A stretch of DNA of 64,000 nucleotides from an uncultured delta proteobacterium (GCA_963695875.1 CAVOID010000008.1:96001-160000); one strand, 5' to 3'. Positions 10,370-21,585 are shown, counted from the stretch's first letter. Notes: generated from the sequence alone by a model not told the origin. Numbers and translations: made by a program.

Positions 10370-13243
10370 ATGAAAAGCTTCATTTTCCCGGATATTTTCA
10401 AAGGCAATAAAACTATTTCAATAAGTCGTAAAAAAGTGAATCTGAAAAACATCTGGGTGATCAAACAGAAGGCAAATTATTGGATAAAACATAAGAAATT
10501 ATTAAAGCTTAAACGAATATTGTCGATAATAATAATGATAACTGGGATAGCCATAAACGATGATATTATAGAAATTATGCCAAACCAATATAATCATAAA
10601 ATGCACATCGATAATCAGCCTAACGAAAGTGTAAAGAAAATCACAGTGCTCTTCACGGATATCGTGGGCTCCACTAAGTATTTTAAAACACATGGAGACC
10701 TGGCAGGTCGGCTCATGCTGAGAAGGCATCATGATGTAACTGCTAAGATAATTCATGAATTTAGAGGCAGTGTTATAAAAAGCCTTGGCGATTCTATAAT
10801 GGCTTACTTTGTAGACCCGAAACATGCACTCAAATCAGCTATAAATATTCAGCAAGATTATTCTTCCTTTAATCAGATTAGAAATGTTTCCGAGCAAGTT
10901 CATATAAGAATCAGTGTTCATTTTGGGTATGGTATTTTGGAAGAGAATGATATTTACGGAGATGTTGTTAATGTAACAGCCAAGCTGACGTCTCTTGCTG
11001 AAGCTGACCAGATCTATATATCTCAGGAAGTCTATGACACAATCAACGATTTGCCGCAATTGCAGTTCGAGTTAATTGATCTGTCCAAAAGAAGAAATGT
11101 TCCCGATGGGCTTATTGTATATCGTGTTACCTGGGATGAAACGGCCAGATTTGACCCCATCATGACAACCATACTCTATGTAAAACCTATTTGGGAGTTG
11201 GCTGGCGATAGTTTTAAGACGGCATGGCACAATCTCGTAAATAAAAAAAATAATCTGTGGCAAGAAAAAACTGAAACAGAAGAGATTCTTTCTGACAGGA
11301 CCATCATCTTAATTATGAAAGAAGACAAATCTGTATTGGATATTGCTGAAGGTATAATGTCTTATCTACGGGAAAACTGTAAGGATGAAAAAGCAACATC
11401 CTTCTTACCAGTATATATAATCATCGACTCAGGCTTCTATCTCAAAGCTGACAAGCTTGATCTTCAGGCCTTGCATGTCTCATGGGAAGAAATTGAAGCA
11501 GATGAGATCTATATTTCAACCGCTGCTTACGATAGATTAAAAACGCAGTGTATATCTCTTAGTTCCTCAGCAGTAGATATAAATGAGTCAAGTTCTTTTT
11601 TTAAACTTGATTTGAAGTCTGAGCAAGAAGTGGAAAAGTCAAGTCCTTTACCGTGCCATGATGCCCTGATTAATGGCGAGAACCCACCATGTTATTATTG
11701 TGGAAGTAAAGGACACACGTTAGGCAGCTGTCCCTCGAAACGTTTGCCAGAGATAACAAATGCGATAAACAGAATAGGGTATAGATCCTTGGAGGAAATT
11801 AACAGAATTTACTCTAAATATCTGACAGGATTTAATTCCAGCTTTGAAGAAAGACATGATGACAGTAATAATGGTGATTTATTGCTTGCCCATCAGGTAT
11901 TTTACGATCTCAAAAGAATATTTCAGATTAGGTTTTTTAGAACTATATGGGGTACAAAAGAAAAGGCGTGGGATAATGTGAGAGGGAGGATGTGTGAGGG
12001 AAATAGAAGTGGTATTATGTGGGTTGCCCAAGACTGTATACGAGTATCAAATTTGTCAAAGGCCGAATCCCTACTCGAAAATTCTTTAATACGAAATTTA
12101 AACGACTATAAAGTATATTGTACAATGGGGTTCTTGAACATAGAGAGAAGTAATATCCCCCTTGCTGAGCATTATTTCTCTGAAGCGTTGAATTATGCAG
12201 AAACTGATCCGGAAAAGATTTTCCTCCTTTTCCTGCTTTTCCGCATTTATGAGTTGAACAATAATCTCGGCAAGGCATCGGCAAAGATAAGGGACATAAT
12301 GGAAATCAACCCTAACTGTGCCGATGCCATATATCTTGATATAGTGCTTCAATTTCGTCAGGGAGGCACAAATGAGCCTCTCCGCAAACTTATAAATCTT
12401 ATACATCAAAACAGAGAATATTATATATATGCATTGATTGATCCGGATCTTAAAGAATTCAGGGATATTATTGATCCCAAGTTAAAGGAACTATTGAATA
12501 ATACGAGGAATAATGCGAGGCGGGTTATACGTGAGAATGAAGCGGAATTGAAAAAGTGGGAGGAAATGTTCACCAGTGGGGAGAAGACTCTTAAAAAGGC
12601 TAAAGAATCATGGGGGGAGATTAATAGATTAACAGAAACTGATAGTTACTTTGGATATCTGGATGTAATTTATTCTGGTATTTCAATTACGAAGACAGTT
12701 CATCGGACAATAGAGGAGGATAAAAAAGAACTCTACGAAGGTTTCTTAAAATTAAAACACCGATTAAGGATTTATTTAAAGTTTACATCCGCTTATCCGT
12801 ATAAAGATTTGATAGAGCAAATCAATACTGAACTAGTTATCATTCAACAAAAAGTCAATGAAAGTTGGCGGAAGCTTGAGACTAGTCCACCTGATGAGCT
12901 TATAAAAACCTTTAAGAATAAACAATTAATCTCTCAGGAATTGGATCAGATAGAACAAAAAATGAAGAAGTTTGCAACTATTCAATGGGTGGGACAATTC
13001 GTCGCCAAATTTTTGAAAAGAAATCTTATTTTTATAACAGCTATCTTTCTTGCCGCCTTTATTTTACTACCAATCGTTATATTTTATACAAACTTGGTAT
13101 TGATTAAATTTGATATTTTACCAATTTACCAGATATGGTTGTATCAAAAAATGATTTCAGTCATCGGCTGTGTGTGTAGTATTGTAATATCATTTCTTAT
13201 TACATATATGGACGTACCTAAAAGAGATTTTCAGATACAGTAA
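10370..13243 (+). CDS. Class III adenylate/guanylate cyclase domain protein with CCHC zinc knuckle, TPR-like repeats and C-terminal TM helices (true start possibly near 10577)
   Basis: VLFTDIVGST, IKSLGDSIMAYF, IRISVHFG, DIYGDVVN; CYYCGSKGHTLGSC; two hydrophobic C-terminal segments. Confidence 0.85.
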   Translation: MKSFIFPDIFKGNKTISISRKKVNLKNIWVIKQKANYWIKHKKLLKLKRILSIIIMITGIAINDDIIEIMPNQYNHKMHIDNQPNESVKKITVLFTDIVGSTKYFKTHGDLAGRLMLRRHHDVTAKIIHEFRGSVIKSLGDSIMAYFVDPKHALKSAINIQQDYSSFNQIRNVSEQVHIRISVHFGYGILEENDIYGDVVNVTAKLTSLAEADQIYISQEVYDTINDLPQLQFELIDLSKRRNVPDGLIVYRVTWDETARFDPIMTTILYVKPIWELAGDSFKTAWHNLVNKKNNLWQEKTETEEILSDRTIILIMKEDKSVLDIAEGIMSYLRENCKDEKATSFLPVYIIIDSGFYLKADKLDLQALHVSWEEIEADEIYISTAAYDRLKTQCISLSSSAVDINESSSFFKLDLKSEQEVEKSSPLPCHDALINGENPPCYYCGSKGHTLGSCPSKRLPEITNAINRIGYRSLEEINRIYSKYLTGFNSSFEERHDDSNNGDLLLAHQVFYDLKRIFQIRFFRTIWGTKEKAWDNVRGRMCEGNRSGIMWVAQDCIRVSNLSKAESLLENSLIRNLNDYKVYCTMGFLNIERSNIPLAEHYFSEALNYAETDPEKIFLLFLLFRIYELNNNLGKASAKIRDIMEINPNCADAIYLDIVLQFRQGGTNEPLRKLINLIHQNREYYIYALIDPDLKEFRDIIDPKLKELLNNTRNNARRVIRENEAELKKWEEMFTSGEKTLKKAKESWGEINRLTETDSYFGYLDVIYSGISITKTVHRTIEEDKKELYEGFLKLKHRLRIYLKFTSAYPYKDLIEQINTELVIIQQKVNESWRKLETSPPDELIKTFKNKQLISQELDQIEQKMKKFATIQWVGQFVAKFLKRNLIFITAIFLAAFILLPIVIFYTNLVLIKFDILPIYQIWLYQKMISVIGCVCSIVISFLITYMDVPKRDFQIQ

Positions 13244-13349
13244 ACCTCTCAATATTCCCAGGCGTAATCTTACGTAATGCTCACATAGTCACGTAATAAT
13301 TTGTATTGTGGCAATCTTCGTGCTAAAATTTCCTGTAATTAATATCTGC

Positions 13350-13645
13350 ATAAAAAGTGAGACAAGTTTCCGACTGTGCCAGTTCCGCTTCCCTGGAAGG
13401 TTCGGCATTCAGTCTGCCAGCAGCATATTGCCTCTTCCACGTGTACAACTGGCCGGAGGAAAGGTTATAACGCCTGCACAATTCCGCAGGCCCAACTGTT
13501 TCACTGAGCAGCTGCTCTATAAGTGATCTTTTCAAATCCTGAGTGAACCTTCTATACTTCATGACATGATCCTTTCTCCCCTTATGGGGTGATGATCCTG
13601 TCTAATACTCTATCATATTTTGTGCAATCCGTGGGGTTCACTCCA
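13350..13645 (-). mobile_element. IS3-family remnant: left end plus truncated OrfA (13323..13562)
   Basis: OrfA-like HTH AELCRRYNLSSGQLYTWKRQY; upstream terminus 5'-TGGAGTGAACCCC at 13645; no OrfB/DDE region. Confidence 0.75.
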
Positions 13646-13675
13646 TATAACGTTGTAAATGAAATTTGCACTTTA

Positions 13676-14908
13676 ATGAACACTTCTTCCCCGGATAAAT
13701 ATGGCCGCTATGCCCTCCTTTTACTCCTGACTGTTAATCTTTTGAATTACATCGACAGGCAGATCATATACGCCGTTTTTCCACTTATTAAGAATGATTT
13801 CAGGCTGACAGATACGGAGCTCGGTTTTCTAGGCAGTGCCTTCATGGTTTGCTACATGTTATCGGCTCCTGCATTCGGGTTATTGGGCGATAGTATGAAC
13901 CGTGTGAAACTTGCGTCTGCTGGTTTGGCTATCTGGAGTGTGGCCACATCACTAGCTTGCTTTGCTTCCCGCTACCTTACACTTCTTCTGGCTCGAGTGT
14001 CGGTAGGAATTGGTGAAGCAAGCTTCGGTACAGTATCTCCACCACTTCTGGCAGACTATTTCCCAAAAGAGAAACGGGGGTGGGTGCTTTCTTGTTTTTA
14101 TCTTGCAATTCCTGTCGGTAGTGCCTTAGGCTATCTTCTCGGTGGCATTCTCGGGCAAAGATTTGGCTGGCCAGCAGCATTCCTCATAGTCGGGATACCC
14201 GGGGTTCTTCTAGCTATCCCTGTATGGCTCCTTCATGAACCGCAACGCGGCGGTAGTGAGGAGAAAGTATTAGAAGACGTGTGGCAGACGAGAATAGGCT
14301 ACAGGTCACTATTTTCCAATCGTCCCTATATAATAAATACGTTGGCCATGACGGCGATGACCTTTGCAATGGGGGGCCTGGCGCAGTGGGTTCCAACATT
14401 TCTCTACCGTATTCACGAACTCGATTTGGTTCAAGCCAATACCTTTTTTGGAGGTATCACAGTACTTGCAGGTGTAACCGGTACTCTTACAGGTGGCCGG
14501 TTGGGTGACTTTCTTCAGAGAAAGACTAACAGGGGGTACCTTTTAGTTTCCGGTTGGGGGTTTTTGCTGGGCGCTCCATTAGCAGCCTATGCCCTTGTCA
14601 CTCCTATACTTAACAATTGCCTGATAGCAATATTTTTTGCTGAATTTTTCCTGTTCCTTAATACAGGCCCGCTCAATACCATTATAGTGAATTTTACACA
14701 CCCATCAGTACGTGCAAGGGCTTTTGCAGTTAATATCTTTATTATACATGCTCTGGGAGACGCCATATCACCCACTATACTGGGGTGGATGTCAGACCTT
14801 TGGGGGCTTAGGTATTCCCTCCTCATAACCCCCATCGCAATCTTCATAGCAGCTTTTTTCTGTTTTTTGTGCGGGCGCTTTGTTGGACAGGATAATGATC
14901 AGACATGA
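13676..14908 (+). CDS. MFS transporter, Spinster-like
   Basis: NLLNYIDRQ, GIGEAS, LADYFP, HALGDAISP; about 12 hydrophobic segments; start moved to ATG 13676 because the longer ORF overlaps the IS end. Confidence 0.9.
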   Translation: MNTSSPDKYGRYALLLLLTVNLLNYIDRQIIYAVFPLIKNDFRLTDTELGFLGSAFMVCYMLSAPAFGLLGDSMNRVKLASAGLAIWSVATSLACFASRYLTLLLARVSVGIGEASFGTVSPPLLADYFPKEKRGWVLSCFYLAIPVGSALGYLLGGILGQRFGWPAAFLIVGIPGVLLAIPVWLLHEPQRGGSEEKVLEDVWQTRIGYRSLFSNRPYIINTLAMTAMTFAMGGLAQWVPTFLYRIHELDLVQANTFFGGITVLAGVTGTLTGGRLGDFLQRKTNRGYLLVSGWGFLLGAPLAAYALVTPILNNCLIAIFFAEFFLFLNTGPLNTIIVNFTHPSVRARAFAVNIFIIHALGDAISPTILGWMSDLWGLRYSLLITPIAIFIAAFFCFLCGRFVGQDNDQT

Positions 14909-14914
14909 ATAATG

Positions 14915-16276
14915 TTAATGGAGATGCCTTTCCATTATATCGTGGAGAACATTCTCGACCATTTCCTTTATGACATGTAAGCGTTCCTCTGTTAAGGCCT
15001 CAAACCGCAGGACTAAAACAGGCTGAGTATTGGATGAACGTACGAGTCCCCATCCATCGGTAAATGGAATTCGTACACCATCGACGTCAATAATTTTATA
15101 GTACTTCCTGAAATGCGCTTTGACCTCCTCAACCACATGAAACTTAATATGGTCCGGACAGTCTACCCTAATTTCAGGGGTAGTGAAGGTTCTGGGAACG
15201 TCAGAAAGGAGTTCACTGATTTTTTTACCTGAAGTGGATATGATTTCCAGCAATCTGATAGAGGCATAGATAGCATCGTCAAAACCGAAATACCTGTCGG
15301 CAAAGAACATATGACCGCTCATTTCACCGGCCAGGGATGCTTTTTCCTCCTTCATTTTGCTCTTTATCAAAGAGTGACCTGCCTTCCACATGATCGGCCT
15401 ACCGCCATGTTTTTCAATGTCTTCATAGAGCTTTTGCGAGCACTTAACCTCGCCAATAATTGTTGCACCAGGGGTTTTCTGCAGTATAAATCTGGAAAAA
15501 AGCAAAAGAAGTTCATCTCCCCAGAGGACATCACCCTGGTCAGTTATTACACCAATTCGATCGGCATCGCCGTCATATGCAATGCCGATATCGGCCTTTT
15601 TCTTTTTGACGAGAGCGATCAGTTCAGTAAGATTTTCTAAAACAGTCGGATCTGGAAAATGGTTAGGGAACCCGCCATCCGGGTTGCAGTAAATGCCAGA
15701 TACCTTACAGCCGAATCGATTAAGAAGGGGGAGTGCGAAAAAGCCTCCCACACCATTTCCACCGTCTAAAACAATATTCAGGCCTTCTTTTACTTCTACG
15801 TTGTTAAATAAATAATCTTCATACGGTTTGGAAATATCTCTAAAAAGGAAAGCTCCTTTTCCAGATACGTACTTGTTACTTTCCATTAGTTTTCTCAGTT
15901 CCTGGATTTCCTGTCCATAGATAGTATCGGGTCCCACGCATATCTTGAAGCCGTTGAATTCGGGTGGATTGTGACTTCCTGTAACCATCACGCCTCCGTC
16001 CGCGCTAAAATGCCTTATGGAAAAATAAAGCATGGGAGTGGCGCAAAGACCAACATCGATGATATTTACACCGGTAGAAGTAATCCCTTGTCTGATGACA
16101 TCACAGTATTCGGGAGAACTGAGACGGCAATCCATTCCAAGGGTCATTAACTTAACACCTCGGGAGACAGCGTAGGTCCCGGTCGCCCTTCCAAGATTGT
16201 AAACAAAGTCAAAGTTAAGATCTCTGTCTACGATGCCCCGCACATCATACTCTCTGAAAACATCAGGATTTATCAT
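14915..16276 (-). CDS. Phosphomannomutase/phosphoglucomutase (AlgC-like)
   Basis: FREYDVRG, TGSHNP, DGDADR, GEMSGH, VRSSNTQP. Confidence 0.95.
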   Translation of the reverse strand: MINPDVFREYDVRGIVDRDLNFDFVYNLGRATGTYAVSRGVKLMTLGMDCRLSSPEYCDVIRQGITSTGVNIIDVGLCATPMLYFSIRHFSADGGVMVTGSHNPPEFNGFKICVGPDTIYGQEIQELRKLMESNKYVSGKGAFLFRDISKPYEDYLFNNVEVKEGLNIVLDGGNGVGGFFALPLLNRFGCKVSGIYCNPDGGFPNHFPDPTVLENLTELIALVKKKKADIGIAYDGDADRIGVITDQGDVLWGDELLLLFSRFILQKTPGATIIGEVKCSQKLYEDIEKHGGRPIMWKAGHSLIKSKMKEEKASLAGEMSGHMFFADRYFGFDDAIYASIRLLEIISTSGKKISELLSDVPRTFTTPEIRVDCPDHIKFHVVEEVKAHFRKYYKIIDVDGVRIPFTDGWGLVRSSNTQPVLVLRFEALTEERLHVIKEMVENVLHDIMERHLH

Positions 16277-16287
16277 AGTACAGATAT

Positions 16288-17328
16288 TTATAGACTAGAG
16301 AACTCTTTTAAATTGACGTGTTTTTTGATCATTCGTTCTATGAGAAGGATTTTATCAGTATCATCTTTCTGAAGTAAGGGTTCTATCAAGTCTATCTGTT
16401 TTGCAATCTGATATGTATCCGGAGATACAAGAAGGAGGGGAATTTTTCGTTCAGACGCCTTTGAAATGAGTTCTGAGGACGGTTCAATATTACATGTAAG
16501 TATAATAGCCGAGGTGCTGCTTTCCAGAGCGGCGGAAATCATATCCGTGCGGTCTCCGCTGGTAATAACGACTTTGTTTTCTTCTCGAAAAACAGGGCTC
16601 TTGATTGCAGCACTAGCGGACATGGAGCCTATGATAATATTTTTTGCCGGACGATTCAGATACGATTCACCTGAAATAATCTTAGCAAACAGACGATCTG
16701 CCAGAAAATTGACTGTAAATTGCGGCAATTCTTCGTAATATGGAATTATCCCAAGTACATTTATATCCAATTGCTTTATCTTGGGTAGGTGAATGTCGTT
16801 GAAGTCTTCCAGGTGGGGCACTTTATTGATAATAATTCCCTTGAAGTTGGCCGTGCCTAAATTAATATGGTTTTTCAAAAAGATGATATCGTCAATAATC
16901 GTTTCTTCTTTTCCGCTGATTACGATAACTAATTCAGCAGCTATAGACTTTGCTAAAGATATGGCATCAAGATAAACAGAAACACCGTATGAGATTTCCT
17001 TACCGCCTTCGACAAACAAGATATCCTTATCTTTGCCAACACTTTCTTGCAAATCTATTACTTTCTGCGTGATTGTTTCTTTGTCGAATATATAGAGAAG
17101 CCTGGCATGGTCAAACCCAATGCTCATTTCCGCAGGGTCTAGTTCCAGACCGAATATGCCGTTAATCAGTGCAGTGTCATAATCCCAGAGTCTTTTTTTA
17201 CGATACAGTAGCCTGTCTCCAAAAGGTTTTATATAGCCTATATTTTTATGTAATGCCTTTGCTAATCCGATGATTATACTCGTTTTACCCGCATTAGGAT
17301 GCATGGATGTCATTACCAGCCTATACAT
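16288..17328 (-). CDS. Stand-alone BioD-like/DRTGG domain protein (phosphotransacetylase N-terminal-like)
   Basis: P-loop-like NAGKTS, GYIKPFG, VITSGDRTD; no Pta catalytic domain. Confidence 0.8.
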   Translation of the reverse strand: MYRLVMTSMHPNAGKTSIIIGLAKALHKNIGYIKPFGDRLLYRKKRLWDYDTALINGIFGLELDPAEMSIGFDHARLLYIFDKETITQKVIDLQESVGKDKDILFVEGGKEISYGVSVYLDAISLAKSIAAELVIVISGKEETIIDDIIFLKNHINLGTANFKGIIINKVPHLEDFNDIHLPKIKQLDINVLGIIPYYEELPQFTVNFLADRLFAKIISGESYLNRPAKNIIIGSMSASAAIKSPVFREENKVVITSGDRTDMISAALESSTSAIILTCNIEPSSELISKASERKIPLLLVSPDTYQIAKQIDLIEPLLQKDDTDKILLIERMIKKHVNLKEFSSL

Positions 17329-17366
17329 ATATCATACCTCTCAATAATTTTATGAAGGAGAAAATT

Positions 17367-19294
17367 TTATAATTCTCGTCTGCTCTCAGGAGCCCTGAAA
17401 GCCATTTTCAAATGATAGACGCCAGATTCAGCCTGTCTTGTGATATCAAATCCACCCTGCTCAAAAACTTGAAGCATGGGTCTATTATCAACAAGGACTT
17501 CGGCGGTAAAACCAAGCAAACCTTCTCTCTTTGCAAGGTAGGTAAGGTAGGATAATAATTCACTCCCGATGCCTCTGTTCTGATAATCATCCCTCACAGC
17601 AACAGCAACTTCCGCTGTATGTGTGGATTCGTCAACCCCATACTGACCTAATCCCACGATGATTTCACTTTCCTGATACCTGATAATTGCCAGGATTGAG
17701 ACTTCCTTCGTGTAGTCGATGACAACAAAATCCTGTAAACGTTCGTGCGGTATGTCCGTCCGCCATGACATGAATCTGCGGTGCAGGCTTCTGTCCGAAA
17801 GAGCGTAGAAAAAATCCTTCAACAAGGGTTCATCGGTTATTTTAACGGGTCTCAAAAAGAGATGAAATCCCGTCTTCGTGGTTCTGTATGTTTCCAGGTC
17901 TTCCGGGTATCTGCCCCGCTCACCCGGTATGTATGCCTGATCATGGTATATCAGTCCTCTCTTCTTTGCCTCTTCAATAAGCCAGGGGCGGAATTTCGGA
18001 TGCGCGATTGAGATCAATGCCATGGCTCGCTCCCGTATGTTTTTGCCGTGCAGATATGCGATTCCGTTTTCGGTTACAACATAGCGGACATCAGCCCGAC
18101 TCAGGGTAACGCCGGCTTGAGCACTCAGGGCAGGCACAATTCTGGATACGCCATCGTTTGCCGCTGTTGATTTCATTGCCAGGATAGTTTTGCCGTTCCT
18201 TGCAAGGAGCGCACCTCTCATGAAATCGTGAAAACCACCTATCCCGCTGTAAAACATACTGCCGATAGATTCTGAAGTGGCCTGTCCTGTAAGGTCTATT
18301 TCAAGGGCGCTATTGATGGCGACTATGTTGTCATTTCGGGCGATAATCATGGGGTTGTTTGTGTAATCAACAGTTCTGAATACTATGGAGGGATTATCGT
18401 GAATATACTCGTAGGTCTCTTTCTTAGCCATGCAGAAGGTGGCTACTGTCTTTCCGCGATTCAAGGTCTTTTTCGAGTTGTCTATCACACCGGCCTTGAT
18501 CAAGCTTACAATACCCTCGGTCAGAAGCTCCGTATGAATGCCCAAATTCTTCTTATTGTAAAGATGTGCCATGATGGCATTGGGAATGCTCCCATAACCC
18601 ACCTGCAGTGTATCACCATCCTGAATAAGGCGAGAAACATAAATTCCTATTCGCTGTAGGGATAGTGTCTTCTCTTCAGAAAATGCTCTCTGAATTTCGA
18701 GCAGTGGTGCATCATGGGGTATTATAAAATTCACGTCTCGATATGAATAAAGCCGTCTCCGTGAATACGAGGCATGTAAGAGTTCACCTGGGCGATCACC
18801 AGAGAGGCCTTTTCCGTTGCCGACTTAACCATGTCCACGCTGACGCCAAGGCTCAGAAAACCGTGCTCATCGGGCAGGCTGGTCTGTATTAGTGCAACGT
18901 CTATGGGCACAATACCGCCACTGATCAATGCCGGTATGTCTGAAAGGGATATGGGGGTATAGTCTGCAGCTCCCTTATTGTACGGGCTCTCTTGTGTTAT
19001 TACCGATGAAAAAGGAATTGTGACGAAAATTGCTCTTGAACTTTTCATCAGTGTAGGGAGCTATGCCAAGAGAATATATTTGTATGATTTCCGCATCAAA
19101 AAGTGCCTTGGGGTGAGATTCCACATAATTGGTCATCGCGCTTATGAGATACTGTGGTTCACCACAACCTGATGTGACAAATATATGATGACCTCGGCGG
19201 ATATGGCCGAATATCTCGTCCTCACTGGCAAATTTTTCCGGAGGACCTATCCATTCTTCCAGCGAGTGTCTTCCATGGGTTCAAAGTGCGTCAT
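17367..19294 (-). CDS. Acetyl-CoA hydrolase/CoA-transferase plus C-terminal GNAT fusion (paralog 1), several indels
   Basis: HIFVTSGCGEPQYL near 19160-19190, SLGVSVD, LGIHTEL, INSALEIDLTGQ, ISIAHPKFR; GNAT AEVAVAVRDDYQNRGIG. Confidence 0.87.
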
Positions 19295-19407
19295 AAAAAT
19301 AGCCTCTGCGTGGCGAGTATTCTGTTGCCGAACATCCTGTCTGCATGAGGACTGGTTGCAAGTCCCGTTTGATTATAACGCGAGTAAAGACTATACTCTG
19401 ATAGCTA

Positions 19408-19439
19408 AGATTGACGTCGCTTCGCTCCTCACAATGACA
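19408..19439 (-). repeat. REP/RPE-like palindromic half-element
   Basis: Minus strand tgtcattgtgaggagcgaagcgacgtcaatct resembles the widespread GTCATTGCGAGGAGCGAAGCGACG repeat; single copy in the window. Confidence 0.55.
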
Positions 19440-19553
19440 CGGGATATCAATTTTCAAAGTCGGAATAATGTTTTCCACGCTCAAACTAATCGATAAGTCA
19501 TATTTCTGTCAAGAAAAGAATGCCGTGGATAAGCGTGAATCCGTACATTTTTC

Positions 19554-20308
19554 TTACAATTTTACATTAACCGTTCTGGTACGGTGGACTTCAATGAAGA
19601 GGATTTCAAAAATAGGTATGAGAGAAAAATTATGCGACTCTAGGGAAGATACATCGACTATACCTGCCGCTTTGGCAATGATGATATCTGCTCCCGCTTT
19701 TACAAGGTCATTCGATGATGAATATCCTGACAGGACACCTACTGTGAAGGCTCCCACTTCTTTGCCGAGTGTGATATCCATGGGATGATCCCCGACCATG
19801 AATGCGAATTCCGGAGTCACATCGAGTGATTCAAGAGCTGTCAGGAGATGTTCAGGGTGAGGTTTGACGTTGCGAGTCATTTCTCTTGTTATAACGGCAT
19901 CGCAATAGGTCGTGGATATCGGGAAATACCTCCAAAACCGCCGATTGACAGTTCCTGGTCACAACTCCCGTTTTGATCATTACGGTTTTTCAGATCGACA
20001 AGCATATCCCGCGTTCCATCTATAAGCTCCCCTTTTTTTGCCGCATCGACTTCAATAGTTTCAATCAAGTCGATGTGCCTGTTCTGTAAAGTAGTTCTTT
20101 CTCCCGGGATGTTTTTGGGAGATTAATGCCTTCCCTGCATCTACCATCTCCAGAACAAAGAGATTGCGAAGTCCATCCAGTGGTACTCCGTAAGATTCGA
20201 TTAGACGGATAACATCTTTCCGCATGTTGGAGAAATTGATGTTCAGTTTTGCCAGATGTACCGTCGAAGTCAAAAACAACGGCATTTATTGATCTTGCCG
20301 ACTTTCAA
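19554..20308 (-). CDS. HAD-superfamily hydrolase (phosphoglycolate phosphatase-like), several indels; start approximate
   Basis: AVVFDFDGT near 20260-20285, GVVTRN, KPHPEH, MVGDHPMD. Confidence 0.82.
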
Positions 20309-21456
20309 GAGTGGTATGTTTCCTTCAGGTATTTTTCCAGACGACTTATGCCTTCTCGTATGTTCTCAATGGAATTTGCATAGGAAAATCGTAAATAACC
20401 CTCGCAGTTTATGCCAAAGTCAATACCCGGGGTTACACCTACACGGGCCTTTTCGAGAATGTCAAATGCCATTTTGTATGAGTCATGCGAGAACGACTTT
20501 ATATTCCCGAGTACGTAAAAAGCACCGGTAGGTTCTACTTTGACGCCAAGTCCAATTTCCCGAAGCCTCCTGATTAAAAATTTTCTTCTTTCGTTATAAA
20601 TGTTTCTCATACGGATAACTTCATTGCCGGCTTCCCGCAAGGCAGTTACTCCAGCCCATTGAACGAAGGAATTGGCGGATATGAAAAGGTTCTGCAGCAG
20701 CTTCTGTATTGGTCTGATATAGTGTTTCGGCGCAATCAAATATCCGAGACGCCATCCTGTCATAGCGTAGGCCTTGGAGAAACCATTGAAGTACAAAGGC
20801 ATTGTCCGTAAACTCAAGTATACTGTGTTCCTTATCTTCATAGACAAGGCCATGGTAGATTTCATCGGATATTACCGGCACACCCAGTGAAGTGATTTCT
20901 GCCATTCTCTCGGCACTGAAGGAGGTTCCCTGTCGGATTGGAGGGAGAGTTTATTACAATGCCTTTCGTACGTTTGGTCATCTTTTCCTTTATTGCCTCG
21001 AAGGTATATTGGAACCCTTCTTCTTCATATACATTTACGGAAACAGGAGTGCCCTCAAAGAATCTTATGAAGTTGGGATAACAGGCATAATGAGGATCTG
21101 AAATGATGATCTCGTCACTCTTATTGAGTATCGTAGCGAAGAGGACCAGCATGGCAGGTGAGGTCCCGGAAGTTACCACGACTCGATCGGGTGAGATTGT
21201 GACGCTGATATTTATCAAAGTAGTGCTCACAGATTGCTTCTCTCAGTTCAAGAAGTCCAAGACTATGAGTGTAATGGGTCTCTCCATTTCTCATAGCCCG
21301 GTAGCATGCTTCCCTGATGCACTCCGGTGTATCAAAATCGGGTTCACCAACTTCAAGATGAATGATATCCTCGCCTCTCCGCTGCATCTCCTGGGCTTTT
21401 TCAAGGACATCCATGACAATGAAAGGAAGGATCTCAGATGCTCTTTTTGTTATCAT
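20305..21456 (-). CDS. PLP-dependent aminotransferase class I/II, several indels
   Basis: LEVGEPDF, NSPSNPTG, SDEIYHG, FSKAYAMTGWRLG across four ORF fragments. Confidence 0.88.
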
Positions 21457-21585
21457 TGAATTAATTAGTGACCTCACTTATAGAAGATGACTGTGAAGCG
21501 TTCTTTTTAGGGTAAAGAGAGTTTCACATACGAGTGCTATCGTAAGTAGCTTTCTGATTAGGCCTTGTCAATAAAAAATAAAATG

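Noticed and set aside
10370..13243. Pycsar or CBASS defence system
   Set aside because: Cyclase has adenine-type specificity residues, a different architecture and no adjacent cNMP-binding effector
13261..13300. Three cgtaat repeats as an att, dif or integron site
   Set aside because: Too short and irregular; no match to dif or attC structure and no recombinase nearby
9756..13645. Genomic island integrated at tRNA-Pro
   Set aside because: No integrase and no duplicated tRNA 3' end found; only AT-richness and an IS scar
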